Notes: a model not told the origin generated them from the sequence alone. DNA of 64,000 nt from an uncultured Verrucomicrobiae bacterium (GCA_963718565.1 OY970364.1:1152001-1216000); one strand, 5' to 3'. Counted from the first letter of the stretch, positions 30,214 through 39,651 are shown. Program-made: numbers and translations.

Positions 30214-30798
30214 TTAAGTCACTTTAAAATCCTTCCAATAGTTTAGATTGGCATTGGTCTCTTGATTAAAAGAGAGCGAAAAAAAAGTGTTTACAAGTTT
30301 GCGAAAGTCACTCCATGGCCTATCGCCATATCCATACACGGACAAGAGTGGATGAAAGCGCTTTTCTAAAGGGCTTCCGACCAGATATTTTCCCCAAACG
30401 AGCTGTTGGGTTTTTGAAAAAAGAGTAGCTCCGGCAAATAAACAAGCCCCCGCAATGAGAATAGGAATTCCAAGCGACATTCGAACAGCAGTGGATAAGG
30501 GTTGTGCAATAACACCAAGACCCTTAGAAATCTCCTCTACACTTATAGCAGCATTTGCACAAATTTGGACGACTAATTCCCCCGCTCTCACCGCGAAGAA
30601 GGGGGGGAAACCAAGTGCCATAGCTAGAGTGGATTTGGTTCCTTGCTCACATCCAGGAATTTTTAACTCCCGTTGTACATCCTGTGATGTCAAACGGTCG
30701 AGAAATATCTGTTGTCTTGCATTCACTCGACGCTCAATTGTACTTACCTGATTTGTAGAAAAGGTTGGAGATGGATGACGCGAACCAATTGGATGCAT
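30214..30798 (-). CDS. Hypothetical membrane-associated protein
   Basis: About 194-aa ORF with hydrophobic segments. Confidence 0.6.
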   Translation of the reverse strand: MHPIGSRHPSPTFSTNQVSTIERRVNARQQIFLDRLTSQDVQRELKIPGCEQGTKSTLAMALGFPPFFAVRAGELVVQICANAAISVEEISKGLGVIAQPLSTAVRMSLGIPILIAGACLFAGATLFSKTQQLVWGKYLVGSPLEKRFHPLLSVYGYGDRPWSDFRKLVNTFFSLSFNQETNANLNYWKDFKVT

Positions 30799-30903
30799 AA
30801 ATGACCTCAGGGTTGATTTTACCCGACCTAAGGTACCACAACACACAGATTAGTTTAAAAATAATCCTGTCAATTTTTCAGAAATCTGATATTGCATAGG
30901 GAT

Positions 30904-32166
30904 ATGCTTAAGAGGGAATTGCAAAACTTCTCGCCGCATAAAATCGCGCTTTTGGCACCTGTCGCCTTGGCGGCGGCTGCCTTCGGCCCCGGTTCGCTCC
31001 TTCGCTCACCTGCTTTGCACTGCGAAGGTTCCCCGGACCTTCTCGTGTCTTCGCAGCCACTTATCCAAGTATGCTTTCGCCGCCGCCAACCGAACCCGCT
31101 GTGCGGGTTCTGGCAACAGGAGCCAAAATCATCGATTTTCTACTGGCGAGGAGTTTTGCAACTCCCTCTTAAATGTTTCCTTTTTTCTTTGCTTGTTTAT
31201 CCAGGGCTGTTACGTGCGAGTGAACCGGAACAGGAAAAGAATACTTCACAGGAAATTGTACCCTGGTTCACTGGTCCATTAATCGCTCCTATTGGAGCTG
31301 TCATTCCCATTGGGCACTATTGCATTCAACCCTTTTTTGAGTTCAATACTGCGACGGGCATTTACAATCGTCATCGGCATGATGTTTCGACGCCGAATTT
31401 TTTTAACTTCATTGCTAGCGTTCAAGTCACAGTGGGAACTTTAGAATGGATGGATATTCAGATTACTCCTGAATTTCTTTACAATCATACTCACGCGGAT
31501 ACTCTGCCCAATCCTCATAGTGCATCCTCCTGGCGCTTGGGCGATCTGCCTTTAAATTTGGATTTCCAACTCGTGAGTATAGACAAATTTAAATATTTTC
31601 CAGGAATTAAATTCTCATTGACAGAGTCTTTTCCAACAGGAAAATATCAAAAGCTCAACCCTTTCAAACTACTCACAGATATTGGAGGCAGCGGGACTTT
31701 TGCGACAACAGGCAGTCTGGTCTTTTACAAAATCTATCACATTTCTGGGTTTCATTTTTTAAGCATGACAACAAGTCTGGGCTATACCTATCACACCCCT
31801 GTCCATGTAAGAGGCCTTAACTTTTACGGAGGAGGGCCTGGCTGCGCTGGAAAAGTATATCCTGGCAATTCCTTTGGAGCCATCGCAAGCTTTGAATTCA
31901 GCCTCGATCGACACTGGGCTTTAGCTTTAGACAATGTTTATGTCCATTTTGACAGGGATCGTTTTAAAGGAACCCCTGGATTCAGCGCCCCTTTAATTCC
32001 CGCTATCGTAGGAAGACCTTCTTCAGAATCACTCAGTTTCGCCCCAGCGATCGAATATAATTTTAATGAGAACTGGGGGATCATCGCCGGCGCATGGGTT
32101 TCTGCAATCGGACGAAACACGCTGGTCTTCCGCAATGCTCTTTTGAGTTTTGTTTACCAATATTAA
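30904..32166 (+). CDS. Outer membrane beta-barrel/transporter-like protein with in-frame MITE insertion
   Basis: PWFTGPLIAP, FPTGKYQ, APAIEYNF, aromatic C-terminus; native N-terminus MLKCFLFSLLVYPGLLRA is restored by removing 261 bp. Confidence 0.8.
   Translation: MLKRELQNFSPHKIALLAPVALAAAAFGPGSLLRSPALHCEGSPDLLVSSQPLIQVCFRRRQPNPLCGFWQQEPKSSIFYWRGVLQLPLKCFLFSLLVYPGLLRASEPEQEKNTSQEIVPWFTGPLIAPIGAVIPIGHYCIQPFFEFNTATGIYNRHRHDVSTPNFFNFIASVQVTVGTLEWMDIQITPEFLYNHTHADTLPNPHSASSWRLGDLPLNLDFQLVSIDKFKYFPGIKFSLTESFPTGKYQKLNPFKLLTDIGGSGTFATTGSLVFYKIYHISGFHFLSMTTSLGYTYHTPVHVRGLNFYGGGPGCAGKVYPGNSFGAIASFEFSLDRHWALALDNVYVHFDRDRFKGTPGFSAPLIPAIVGRPSSESLSFAPAIEYNFNENWGIIAGAWVSAIGRNTLVFRNALLSFVYQY
30912..31168. 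mobile_element. 257-bp GAGGG...CCCTC MITE
   Basis: TIR GAGGGAATTGCAAAACT / AGTTTTGCAACTCCCTC, TSD TTAA. Confidence 0.92.
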
Positions 32167-32173
32167 CCAAGCA

Positions 32174-32219
32174 TTTCCCGATGAAGAATTTTCCTAGAGG
32201 AAAATTCTTCATCGGGAAA
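32174..32219. repeat. About 45-bp palindromic repeat, copy 2
   Basis: Perfect stem TTTCCCGATGAAGAATTTTCCT / AGGAAAATTCTTCATCGGGAAA. Confidence 0.8.
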
Positions 32220-32288
32220 ATAAATTACCCCATTGAGTTTTTTATTGTTATAAAAAAAAGGTATTTGTAAATACAAACAGTAGGGTTA

Positions 32289-32308
32289 GAGGGAATTGCA
32301 ATTCCCTC
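32289..32308. repeat. 20-bp palindromic micro-element
   Basis: GAGGGAATTGCAATTCCCTC flanked by GTTA/GTTA. Confidence 0.9.
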
Positions 32309-32371
32309 GTTAGATTTTTGTGTTTTTGAAAATAACCGGCCCTTAAGGGCCGCGTTTCCACCGGAGGACGG

Positions 32372-32563
32372 ATGAAAAAATACTCATTGCTCGGCTTTCT
32401 CATTTTGTGCGCTTGCGGTGGCGGCCACTATCACGATGGCTATTATGATGATGGCTATTATGATGATCATCACCATCATCATCACGATCATGATCATGAT
32501 GAACATCACGGAGATCATGACGGTGATCACCATGAAGGAAGCCACGGCGGCGGACACCACTGA
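32372..32563 (+). CDS. Small His/Asp-rich lipoprotein
   Basis: GGAGG RBS, MKKYSLLGFLILCAC lipobox, poly-His tail. Confidence 0.75.
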   Translation: MKKYSLLGFLILCACGGGHYHDGYYDDGYYDDHHHHHHDHDHDEHHGDHDGDHHEGSHGGGHH

Positions 32564-32567
32564 AAAC

Positions 32568-33572
32568 TCAGCTGGTTTTATCCATTCGCCATTTAGCAAA
32601 TTGCTTAGCGTAGTAAGTGATGATAAAATCAGCGCCAGCTCTTCGAATGCCACGCAAAATCTCTAGGACAGCTTTCTTTTCATCTAGCCAACCTCTTTCA
32701 GCAGCAGCTTTGAGCATGGCAAATTCACCACTTGTATGGTAGGCTCCAAGAGGAACATAGGGATAAGCTTGTTTGACTCTGTAGATGACGTCAAGATAAG
32801 CATGAGCTGGCTTGACCATGAGCATGTCCGCTCCTTCTTCCACATCGAGATGGGCCTCGCGTAAAGCTTCCCGCGCATTGGCAGTATCCATTTGATGAGT
32901 GCTTCGATCGCCAAAACTTGGAGCTCCCTCTGCGGCAGCCCGAAAAGGTCCGTAGAGACACGAGTGATATTTCACTGAATAGCTAAGAATGGGGATCTGC
33001 TCAAAACCTGCTCCATCCAATCCTCGGCGGATCGCTGCAACCATCCCATCGATCATGCCGCTGGGCGCAACGACATCGACACCAGCTTGTGCATGGCTGA
33101 TGGCTTGCTTTACAAGCAATTCTAGTGTTTTATCGTTGTCAAGATCGACCTTCCCGGCTCTTGGGCTTAAATATCCGCAATGCCCATGATCGGTATATTC
33201 GCAAAAACAGAGATCGGAAAAAATCAGAAGATCAGGAGCAGCTTTTCGAATGGTTCTAATGGCCTCTTGAATGATCCCATTTTCATGGTAGGCATCTGAG
33301 CCCAGAGGATCTTTGTACGGCGGTATCCCAAATAATAAAACCGATCTCAGACCAAGATCGACAATCTCTTCAATTTCTTGAGGAAGACATGGAATCGGAA
33401 TGTGGAACAGCCCAGGCATGGTGTCAATAAGCTGTTTTTTGCCTTCATGCCCTTTAATAAAAAGCGGGAGAATGAGATTTTGAAGATCAATCTCAGTTTC
33501 CCGAATCAAATCCCGCAAAATAGGATGCTGTCTTAACCGTCTTAAACGTGAGAATGGGAATGTCGTCGTCAT
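32568..33572 (-). CDS. hemB: Porphobilinogen synthase
   Basis: DLCFCEYTDHGHCG, APSGMIDG, MLMVKPA. Confidence 0.97.
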   Translation of the reverse strand: MTTTFPFSRLRRLRQHPILRDLIRETEIDLQNLILPLFIKGHEGKKQLIDTMPGLFHIPIPCLPQEIEEIVDLGLRSVLLFGIPPYKDPLGSDAYHENGIIQEAIRTIRKAAPDLLIFSDLCFCEYTDHGHCGYLSPRAGKVDLDNDKTLELLVKQAISHAQAGVDVVAPSGMIDGMVAAIRRGLDGAGFEQIPILSYSVKYHSCLYGPFRAAAEGAPSFGDRSTHQMDTANAREALREAHLDVEEGADMLMVKPAHAYLDVIYRVKQAYPYVPLGAYHTSGEFAMLKAAAERGWLDEKKAVLEILRGIRRAGADFIITYYAKQFAKWRMDKTS

Positions 33573-34393
33573 CACTTGCCTTTATCCTCTAGAGGGAATT
33601 GCAATTCCCTCTCTACTTTATCGAGCTGAAGATTCACTTGAGCGATATAGAATTTTGATGTCCCTTCAAACCCTGAATCTGTCCCTAAGAAGATCCAGAG
33701 GCGGCCTTGAGAATCGCTTTGCGCGCGCAAGGGGATTCTATGACCTAGCTGTTTAGGACAATAACGGGAATCATAAGGATCTAGGGCCGGACTTTCCAAA
33801 TCGCCGATGACTAGAGCATTTTTTCCAGAGCTCGCTTGATTACCCTTGTCGACATTCAACAGATAATAGTCATTTAGAAGGACCTTTTTGGGCTCTTCGC
33901 AACTCGCACCAACTTTGAAAAATACGCTTTTCCCTGGAGACCCGCCAATTCCCACCGAAAACCCTGAGGAGACATTGCTTTCGATCCAAACAGAAAAAAT
34001 GAGATCATAAAAGGCATTGGGCTGCAAACCTTCAATTTGGCGCTTGGCAAACATAAAAAGATCATCACTATGGTTATTTCCTGTTAAGAAAAAACCTTTT
34101 GTGAGGTTTGTACTGGAAGTGCTGATCTCAACAGGAAGATTTTCCCATCCCCATGCGAGTTCGAAAAAACTCTCGCCACCTACAGGATAATCCGCAAACT
34201 CCCCCACCCATCCATGATTGCTGTTAGAGAAAGTAAACTCATTGACGATCTCTTGCGCCCCAAACAACGAAATCGACCTGATTAGGGAAATAACGATAAA
34301 TAGAGGGAATCGCAAAACTCCTCGCCAGCAGAAAATCGATGATTTTGGCACCTGTTGCCAGAACCCGCACAGCGGGTTCGGTTGACAGATCAT
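33572..34393 (-). CDS. Hypothetical exported protein with MITE-derived segments at both ends
   Basis: FADYP, GNNHSDDLFMF, GTDSGFEG core; N-terminal QPNPLCGFWQQ and C-terminal RELQFPLE are MITE-encoded. Confidence 0.75.
   Translation of the reverse strand: MICQPNPLCGFWQQVPKSSIFCWRGVLRFPLFIVISLIRSISLFGAQEIVNEFTFSNSNHGWVGEFADYPVGGESFFELAWGWENLPVEISTSSTNLTKGFFLTGNNHSDDLFMFAKRQIEGLQPNAFYDLIFSVWIESNVSSGFSVGIGGSPGKSVFFKVGASCEEPKKVLLNDYYLLNVDKGNQASSGKNALVIGDLESPALDPYDSRYCPKQLGHRIPLRAQSDSQGRLWIFLGTDSGFEGTSKFYIAQVNLQLDKVERELQFPLEDKGK
33592..33611. repeat. 20-bp palindromic micro-element inside a CDS
   Basis: GAGGGAATTGCAATTCCCTC flanked by TCTA/TCTA. Confidence 0.9.
34303..34384. mobile_element. Half copy of GAGGG MITE
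   Basis: Near-identical to 27391-27468. Confidence 0.85.
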
Positions 34394-34467
34394 GTCTTAT
34401 AACCTCTTCTATTCTCAGAAGAAATTAAAGAACGAAAAAACATTAAAGTCAATTAATGTCTATTGAC

Positions 34468-34540
34468 GGGGTTGTAAATAAAAGTGTTGAGGCTAGGCAT
34501 TGAAGTAATGCCTAGCCTCAACACTTTTATTTACAACCCC
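34468..34540. mobile_element. 73-bp hairpin MITE with GGGG ends
   Basis: GGGGTTGTAAATAAAAGTGTTGAGGCTAGGCATT perfect arm, 8-bp TSD CTATTGAC. Confidence 0.85.
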
Positions 34541-35029
34541 CTATTGACGAATCGTCACGATTTGAGCTCTCGTGATTTTGAGCAAATCATTAGGCGTAAT
34601 CCGAAATACGGCATAAGGCGTCCCCGCTGCCGCCCAAATCTCCTGATACGTCATTAAATCCTCGTCAATAAGTGGTTGATTATCAAGAGGATAGCCTAAA
34701 GGTGGAACTCCACCAATGGCGAACTTTGTATGCTCAGTGATGAAATCCGCATCTGGCTTCTCAATTCCTTCGCCAAGATATTCCACAATTTTCATTTCGT
34801 CGAGGCGATTTTTTCCACTCATAATCACGCAAATGGGTTGATGAGTTTTTTCGCCTTTGAATATCAAAGTCTTAGCAATCTGACCGACCTCACAGCCAAT
34901 CAGCTCGGCGGTTTCCTTGGATGTGCGCGTGAGTTGTTTAAACTCAATCACTTTAACTTCAAGATGATAATCTTGTAACAGATTTTGAATGCGTTGCGAA
35001 GAGTGCTTTAGATCTTTATTCATAAACAT
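34541..35029 (-). CDS. YbaK/EbsC family aminoacyl-tRNA deacylase
   Basis: GQIAKTLIF, IGGVPPLG, WAAAGTP. Confidence 0.92.
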   Translation of the reverse strand: MFMNKDLKHSSQRIQNLLQDYHLEVKVIEFKQLTRTSKETAELIGCEVGQIAKTLIFKGEKTHQPICVIMSGKNRLDEMKIVEYLGEGIEKPDADFITEHTKFAIGGVPPLGYPLDNQPLIDEDLMTYQEIWAAAGTPYAVFRITPNDLLKITRAQIVTIRQ

Positions 35030-35554
35030 CAGTCTTTTGTTTCTATCACCATACTATTATAATCGCTTTATTAAATAAATATTGTCAATTTTGTAATTAA
35101 TATAATTATAAAGTGGTTCCTTTTGTCTAGACCAAAAATCGAGAAATCTAAGCTAATCTCCTCTGTTGTTTAATCTAACTCCCAGGGCCCTATACAAAAG
35201 CCCACGGGTTTGCAAAGGGCAGTCAGCCCTTTGCTGGGGTTCAAGGGGCAAAGCCCCTTTCTTTTTCTTATGTCCCATAATACACCTCTGCTGGGGTTCG
35301 ATAATCGAGACCCTGATGGGGTCGCTTGTTGTTGTAAAACTCAAAGTACTTTTTCAGCCCCGATCGAACCTCTTTCATGCTCTCGTATCCTTTCGGGTAA
35401 ATTTCTTCATACTTCACGCTTCTCCACAGCCTCTCAATAAACACGTTATCAAGAGCTCGACCCTTCCCGTCCATACTGATTTTAATCCCATTCTCTTCAA
35501 GTTTCCCGGTGAATTGACTACTCGTAAACTGCACACCTTGATCAGTATTAAATA

Positions 35555-36733
35555 CTCACCTTACGCAAATCGGTAAAAATTTCTTGACAAGGCCTGTCTT
35601 TTTTTCGTAGTCTTGTTCAATTTTTTGGAGAAAAAATGAACAGACTACTCGATATCTATTCGGATTACTTGATTGCTCAGAATCAATATGCAACAGCAGT
35701 TGGTCTCTCAGATCTCTTAGAAGGCCGGATTAGTCATGACAAAATTACTAGATTTTTGAACAGCAATGAATTTTCATCCAAAGAGCTATGGGAATACATC
35801 AAGCCGGAAATTCGCAAGATTGAACAAGATGTAGGAGGAGTGCTTATTTTTGATGACACGATTGAAGAGAAGACCTACACGGACGAAAATGAGATTATTT
35901 GCTGGCATTACTCGCATGCCAAGGGAAGATGTGTGAAGGGGGTCAACCTTTTATCATGTCTTGCTCGCTACGGAGATATTGCCTTACCCATTGCTTATGA
36001 GCCTATTTATAAAGACGTGCTTTTTTGTGATGTCGCCAGCAAAAAAGTAAAAAGACAGTCTTCAGTCAGTAAAAATCAAATGTTTCGATCTATGATTGCC
36101 CAAGCTGTAACCAATAAGGTTAAATTTGACTATATATTGTCTGATAATTGGTTCGGAGCGAAAAAAAATATGGAGTTTATTCATTATGATATGAAAAAGA
36201 AGTTTGTAATTGGGATCAAAGCTAATCGATTGGTCGCTCTTTCTGAAGAGGACAGAAAAAATGGTCAGTACCAAAATCTAAATGCATTACCACTCAAGGA
36301 TGGAGAAAAAAGAATAGTCTGGCTAAAAGACATGTCTTTTTCTGTAGCACTCATTACAAAGATCTTCAAAAACGAAGACGGCTCTACAGGCACTCTATAC
36401 CTTGTTACAAATGACTTAGAAAGTAGTGCTGACCGAATCTACGAAATCTACCAAAAACGGTGGCGCATAGAAGAATATCACAAATCGATCAAGCAGAACG
36501 CTAGCCTTGAGAAATCGCCGACTAAGGTTCTGCGCTCTCAAAAGAACCATATTTTTGCATCAATCATCGCTTATTGCAAGTTGGAATTTCTCCGAACTCA
36601 AACTTTTTTGAATCATTTTGCTCTGAAATATCAATTACTGATGAAGGCAAATCGAATGGCATTTTTAGAACTTGAACGGCTGCGGTTCAGAACTGGTTGC
36701 GATATGGTTGGAGCCCATTTTGCGTAAGGTGAG
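35555..36733 (+). mobile_element. IS701-like insertion sequence
   Basis: 15-bp TIR CTCACCTTACGCAAA, 7-bp TSD TTAAATA. Confidence 0.9.
35636..36727 (+). CDS. IS701-like DDE transposase
   Basis: SHDKITRFL, LIFDDT, SDNWF, YQKRWRIEEYHKSIKQ. Confidence 0.9.
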   Translation: MNRLLDIYSDYLIAQNQYATAVGLSDLLEGRISHDKITRFLNSNEFSSKELWEYIKPEIRKIEQDVGGVLIFDDTIEEKTYTDENEIICWHYSHAKGRCVKGVNLLSCLARYGDIALPIAYEPIYKDVLFCDVASKKVKRQSSVSKNQMFRSMIAQAVTNKVKFDYILSDNWFGAKKNMEFIHYDMKKKFVIGIKANRLVALSEEDRKNGQYQNLNALPLKDGEKRIVWLKDMSFSVALITKIFKNEDGSTGTLYLVTNDLESSADRIYEIYQKRWRIEEYHKSIKQNASLEKSPTKVLRSQKNHIFASIIAYCKLEFLRTQTFLNHFALKYQLLMKANRMAFLELERLRFRTGCDMVGAHFA

Positions 36734-37725
36734 TTAAATATCTCAGGTCTTTTTTGCCAAAGACTCCTTTGCAATGCCTCCATGCAAAATTCTGTATCAA
36801 GCAGATTTGAGAGCTCCCACTCAATCACGTACCGACTATACCAGTCTATGATTGCAAACAGATATCCGAATCCTTTTGTTAATGGAATGTAAGTGATGTC
36901 AGCTGCCCAAGCTTGATCGGAACGATCAACAATTAGGCCCCTCAGTAAATACGGGAACTTTTTATGCTGTTTATTCCCAGCGCTCAGGTTCGGCTTTGGA
37001 TAGATCGCCTCTATCCCCATCACCTGCATCGCTGTTCGCACTTTTTTCTGTCCCACGACAAATCCTAGTTTTCTCATTGCCACTGTCATTCGACGCCTCC
37101 CATAATAGGGGGTTTCGAGGTACTGTTTGTCGATTGCGCACATGAGTCGCAAGTCTTCTTCACCAGGCTGCTGTGGCTCGTAGTACAATCCAGATCGACA
37201 TACTCCGAGGAGCTTACACTGTGCTCTTTGGGAAAATTTGATATCGTGAGGTTCAATGAGTGCCCGTTTTTCATTCAGGTCAAAGCCCCCAATTTTTTTT
37301 TAAGCCACTCGTTCTCCATCTTGAGTCTTCCAATCTGTTCGAACAGTTCGGCCTTTTCTTTGCCCTCTGCTGTATCCCTAGACCTCCTGGTCTTTACAAA
37401 AATCTGAGGTCCTGCCTCAATAAATTGTTTTTTCCATTCCGACAGAACTACGGGATGTACCCCCAACTCGCCAGCGAGTTGGGTTGCTGTCTTCTCACCC
37501 TTGAGCACTTCTAGTACTACTTTGAGCTTGAACTCCGGTGAATATTGTTTTTTTGTTTTGGCCATTTTGGCCTCCTCGCATTGGGAGGATATTAGCTTAG
37601 ACAGTGGTCTAAATTTTGGGGACCATTATATTAAGCTTTAATAAATGAATTAAAAAAATATTAATTATTAAAGCCTCAATTTTATAAAGAAGCGATTAAA
37701 AGTAAGAGCTTTAGAGAAGAAAGAT

Positions 37726-37755
37726 TGCCTAGCACTCTTAAGGAGTTGCTAGGCA
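37726..37755. terminator. Hairpin downstream of SWIB gene
   Basis: TGCCTAGCA-CTC...GAG-TTGCTAGGCA. Confidence 0.5.
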
Positions 37756-37770
37756 TTTCAAATCATTGGA

Positions 37771-38064
37771 TTATTTGATGTGTTTGCTGAGCAAGCCTGC
37801 AAGCTTGAGCATATCGACAGGTTTTTTGCCGATAACTTCAGACAATTTGTTATCTGGAACGATAAGGCGTCGATTTTTTGTGTCTTGACATTTGTGTGCT
37901 TTAATATAAGCCCATAATTTTTTAACAACCTGTGGGCGTGTCAAACTTTTTGAACCGACGACAGCTTGAAGTTCAGGCGACAGCGCATAGGTTTGTTGAC
38001 TCAACCCGGATTTCCTTTTAGCGCCGGTCTTTTTCTTAGCTGTTGTTTTTTTCTTTTTGGCCAT
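37771..38064 (-). CDS. SWIB/MDM2 domain protein
   Basis: LSPELQAVVG...RPQVVKKLWAYIK...QD.KNRR.I.PD with Lys-rich N-terminus. Confidence 0.92.
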   Translation of the reverse strand: MAKKKKTTAKKKTGAKRKSGLSQQTYALSPELQAVVGSKSLTRPQVVKKLWAYIKAHKCQDTKNRRLIVPDNKLSEVIGKKPVDMLKLAGLLSKHIK

Positions 38065-38184
38065 AAATAATTTCCCTCTTTCTTTTAAACAAGTTTTGGG
38101 GGAGATTGGATGCTCCTTTTCCAAATCTTCTAATCATGATGTAAAAGTTTTTCTGAATTCCAGCAAGATCATTTTTTAATTTTT

Positions 38185-38547
38185 TTATTCCCTAGCTAAA
38201 AATAAAGCTGTTTCTAGCGGCAGTTCTTTCACTAAAGCAGATACCTGTATGAACTCAAATTCGGTAACATCAGGAATCTGCTGCCCTTGCCCAACAAGCC
38301 TTTTAATTTTTTCCTTGTCGACAACTTCTTGCACTTTGACAGCATTGAATAGTTTTGCACTTTCTATGGAAGTGCGAATAGAAAGCCGTCGGACACGTCT
38401 CACAGAGTACTCTCCAACACGGATCGCTTTTGTTTCTTTGGGAATAAACTCCAGGATTTCTGAGACAAGATTTTTTTTCATTCTTTCTAATTCTTCGATT
38501 TTTTTCCCCAAATCCTTGTAAGCTGCAATTTTTTCTTCAAGTGTCAT
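38185..38547 (-). CDS. Hypothetical protein
   Basis: 120-aa ORF with AGGAGG RBS. Confidence 0.75.
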   Translation of the reverse strand: MTLEEKIAAYKDLGKKIEELERMKKNLVSEILEFIPKETKAIRVGEYSVRRVRRLSIRTSIESAKLFNAVKVQEVVDKEKIKRLVGQGQQIPDVTEFEFIQVSALVKELPLETALFLARE

Positions 38548-38628
38548 TGTCCTCCTATAAAATATTGACTTTTAAATTAAACAGTCTAAAATTGAGATTA
38601 ATTCTTTAGAAGAAAAACATTATCAAGT

Positions 38629-39481
38629 CCCGCTCTTCAAAACTTGATCAAACCTGATCATATATAACCAAATTATCAACTTTTGATCGAGGGCTATCAT
38701 GCCCTCGGTTTAATTTCCTGGTGCTGCAAATTACTTTGCTGTCTTGCCCCCACGGTGTCACATGTACACCATTAGGCAAAACACACCAGGCCCATCGCTT
38801 TTGGATAAAAGCGAGGTCTGAGCCAGACACTATAGAGGGTCTTTGATGCCTCCGGGTTGCCGGAATGGATAAATTCCCGCTTGAGTTCCAGGCTTTTTTC
38901 TAGCAGATGATTATAAAGCCAATTACAGATCCGCGATTGCCCATCGAGCTCAGAAATTGTTTGAGGGTCTGCTTCAATTCTCAGCTTAAGAACCAGATTC
39001 TCTTTAGACATTGGCGACCGCATTTTGAAGGTTGGCCAAAAGCTGTTTGTTCTTATGGCTTCTTGAACCATTTTGCTCAAGCAGTTGTTTTAGCCCACGT
39101 TTATTATAGTTCATCCCGGAACCGAGGTCTTTGGTTACCGAAAACACCCATCCTTTTGCAGAGCAGTAAATTTCTAACATATGGACTTGTCGTTGTAAAT
39201 CTTCTTTTTGATCATGACTCGAAACTCTTGCGTAGGCAACAGTTAGACGATCAGAGGTTTTATCTCCGCAATTAAATGGCTGTAACTGAGTGAGACTATA
39301 GCGGCGTTGGCCGCCCTGTGTGCGATGACAGAGAACGATTTCCTTTTGTCTTTCCCATCGGCGGAGTGTTTGTGGAGAAACTCCCAAACATTTTGCTGCT
39401 TCCTGAATGCTTAAAAACTTGTTCATTCTGATAATATATAATCAGGTTTGAATAAGTTCAAGGGATTCTGTTACAAGCCCC
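38629..39481 (-). mobile_element. Decayed IS607-family element (internally deleted tnpA; tnpB N-terminal fragment); ends approximate
   Basis: TnpA 39004-39426 with HTH, VAYARVSSHDQKEDL, DLGSGMNY, GSRSHKN; TnpB start at 39011 (LDGQSRICNWLYNHLL); shared end motif ATATAT.ATCAGGTTTGA..AAGTT. Confidence 0.85.
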
Positions 39482-39522
39482 GTCTCGAAAATTTCCAAAA
39501 ATTTCACCAATGAACAGAAGAA

Positions 39523-39651
39523 GATGCATTCCAGAAAGAGCAGGCAATCACCGCGACCAATAACCTTCACACAATTATTCCTCTTGTTATGGCCGCAGCG
39601 CCAATGATGGGCGGCTATCTCAATCACGCATTTGGATTCCGCTCAAACTGA
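39523..39651 (+). pseudogene. Internal fragment of a Bcr/CflA-type MFS transporter
   Basis: DAFQKEQAI...IIPLVMAAAPMMGGYLNHAFGFRSN* (motif C region). Confidence 0.55.

Larger units (their letters stand above)
35109..37630 (-). mobile_element. IS3-family element, copy 2, interrupted by IS701-like element
   Basis: Matches 2699-4034 apart from the insertion; 3-bp TSD TTA. Confidence 0.95.
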
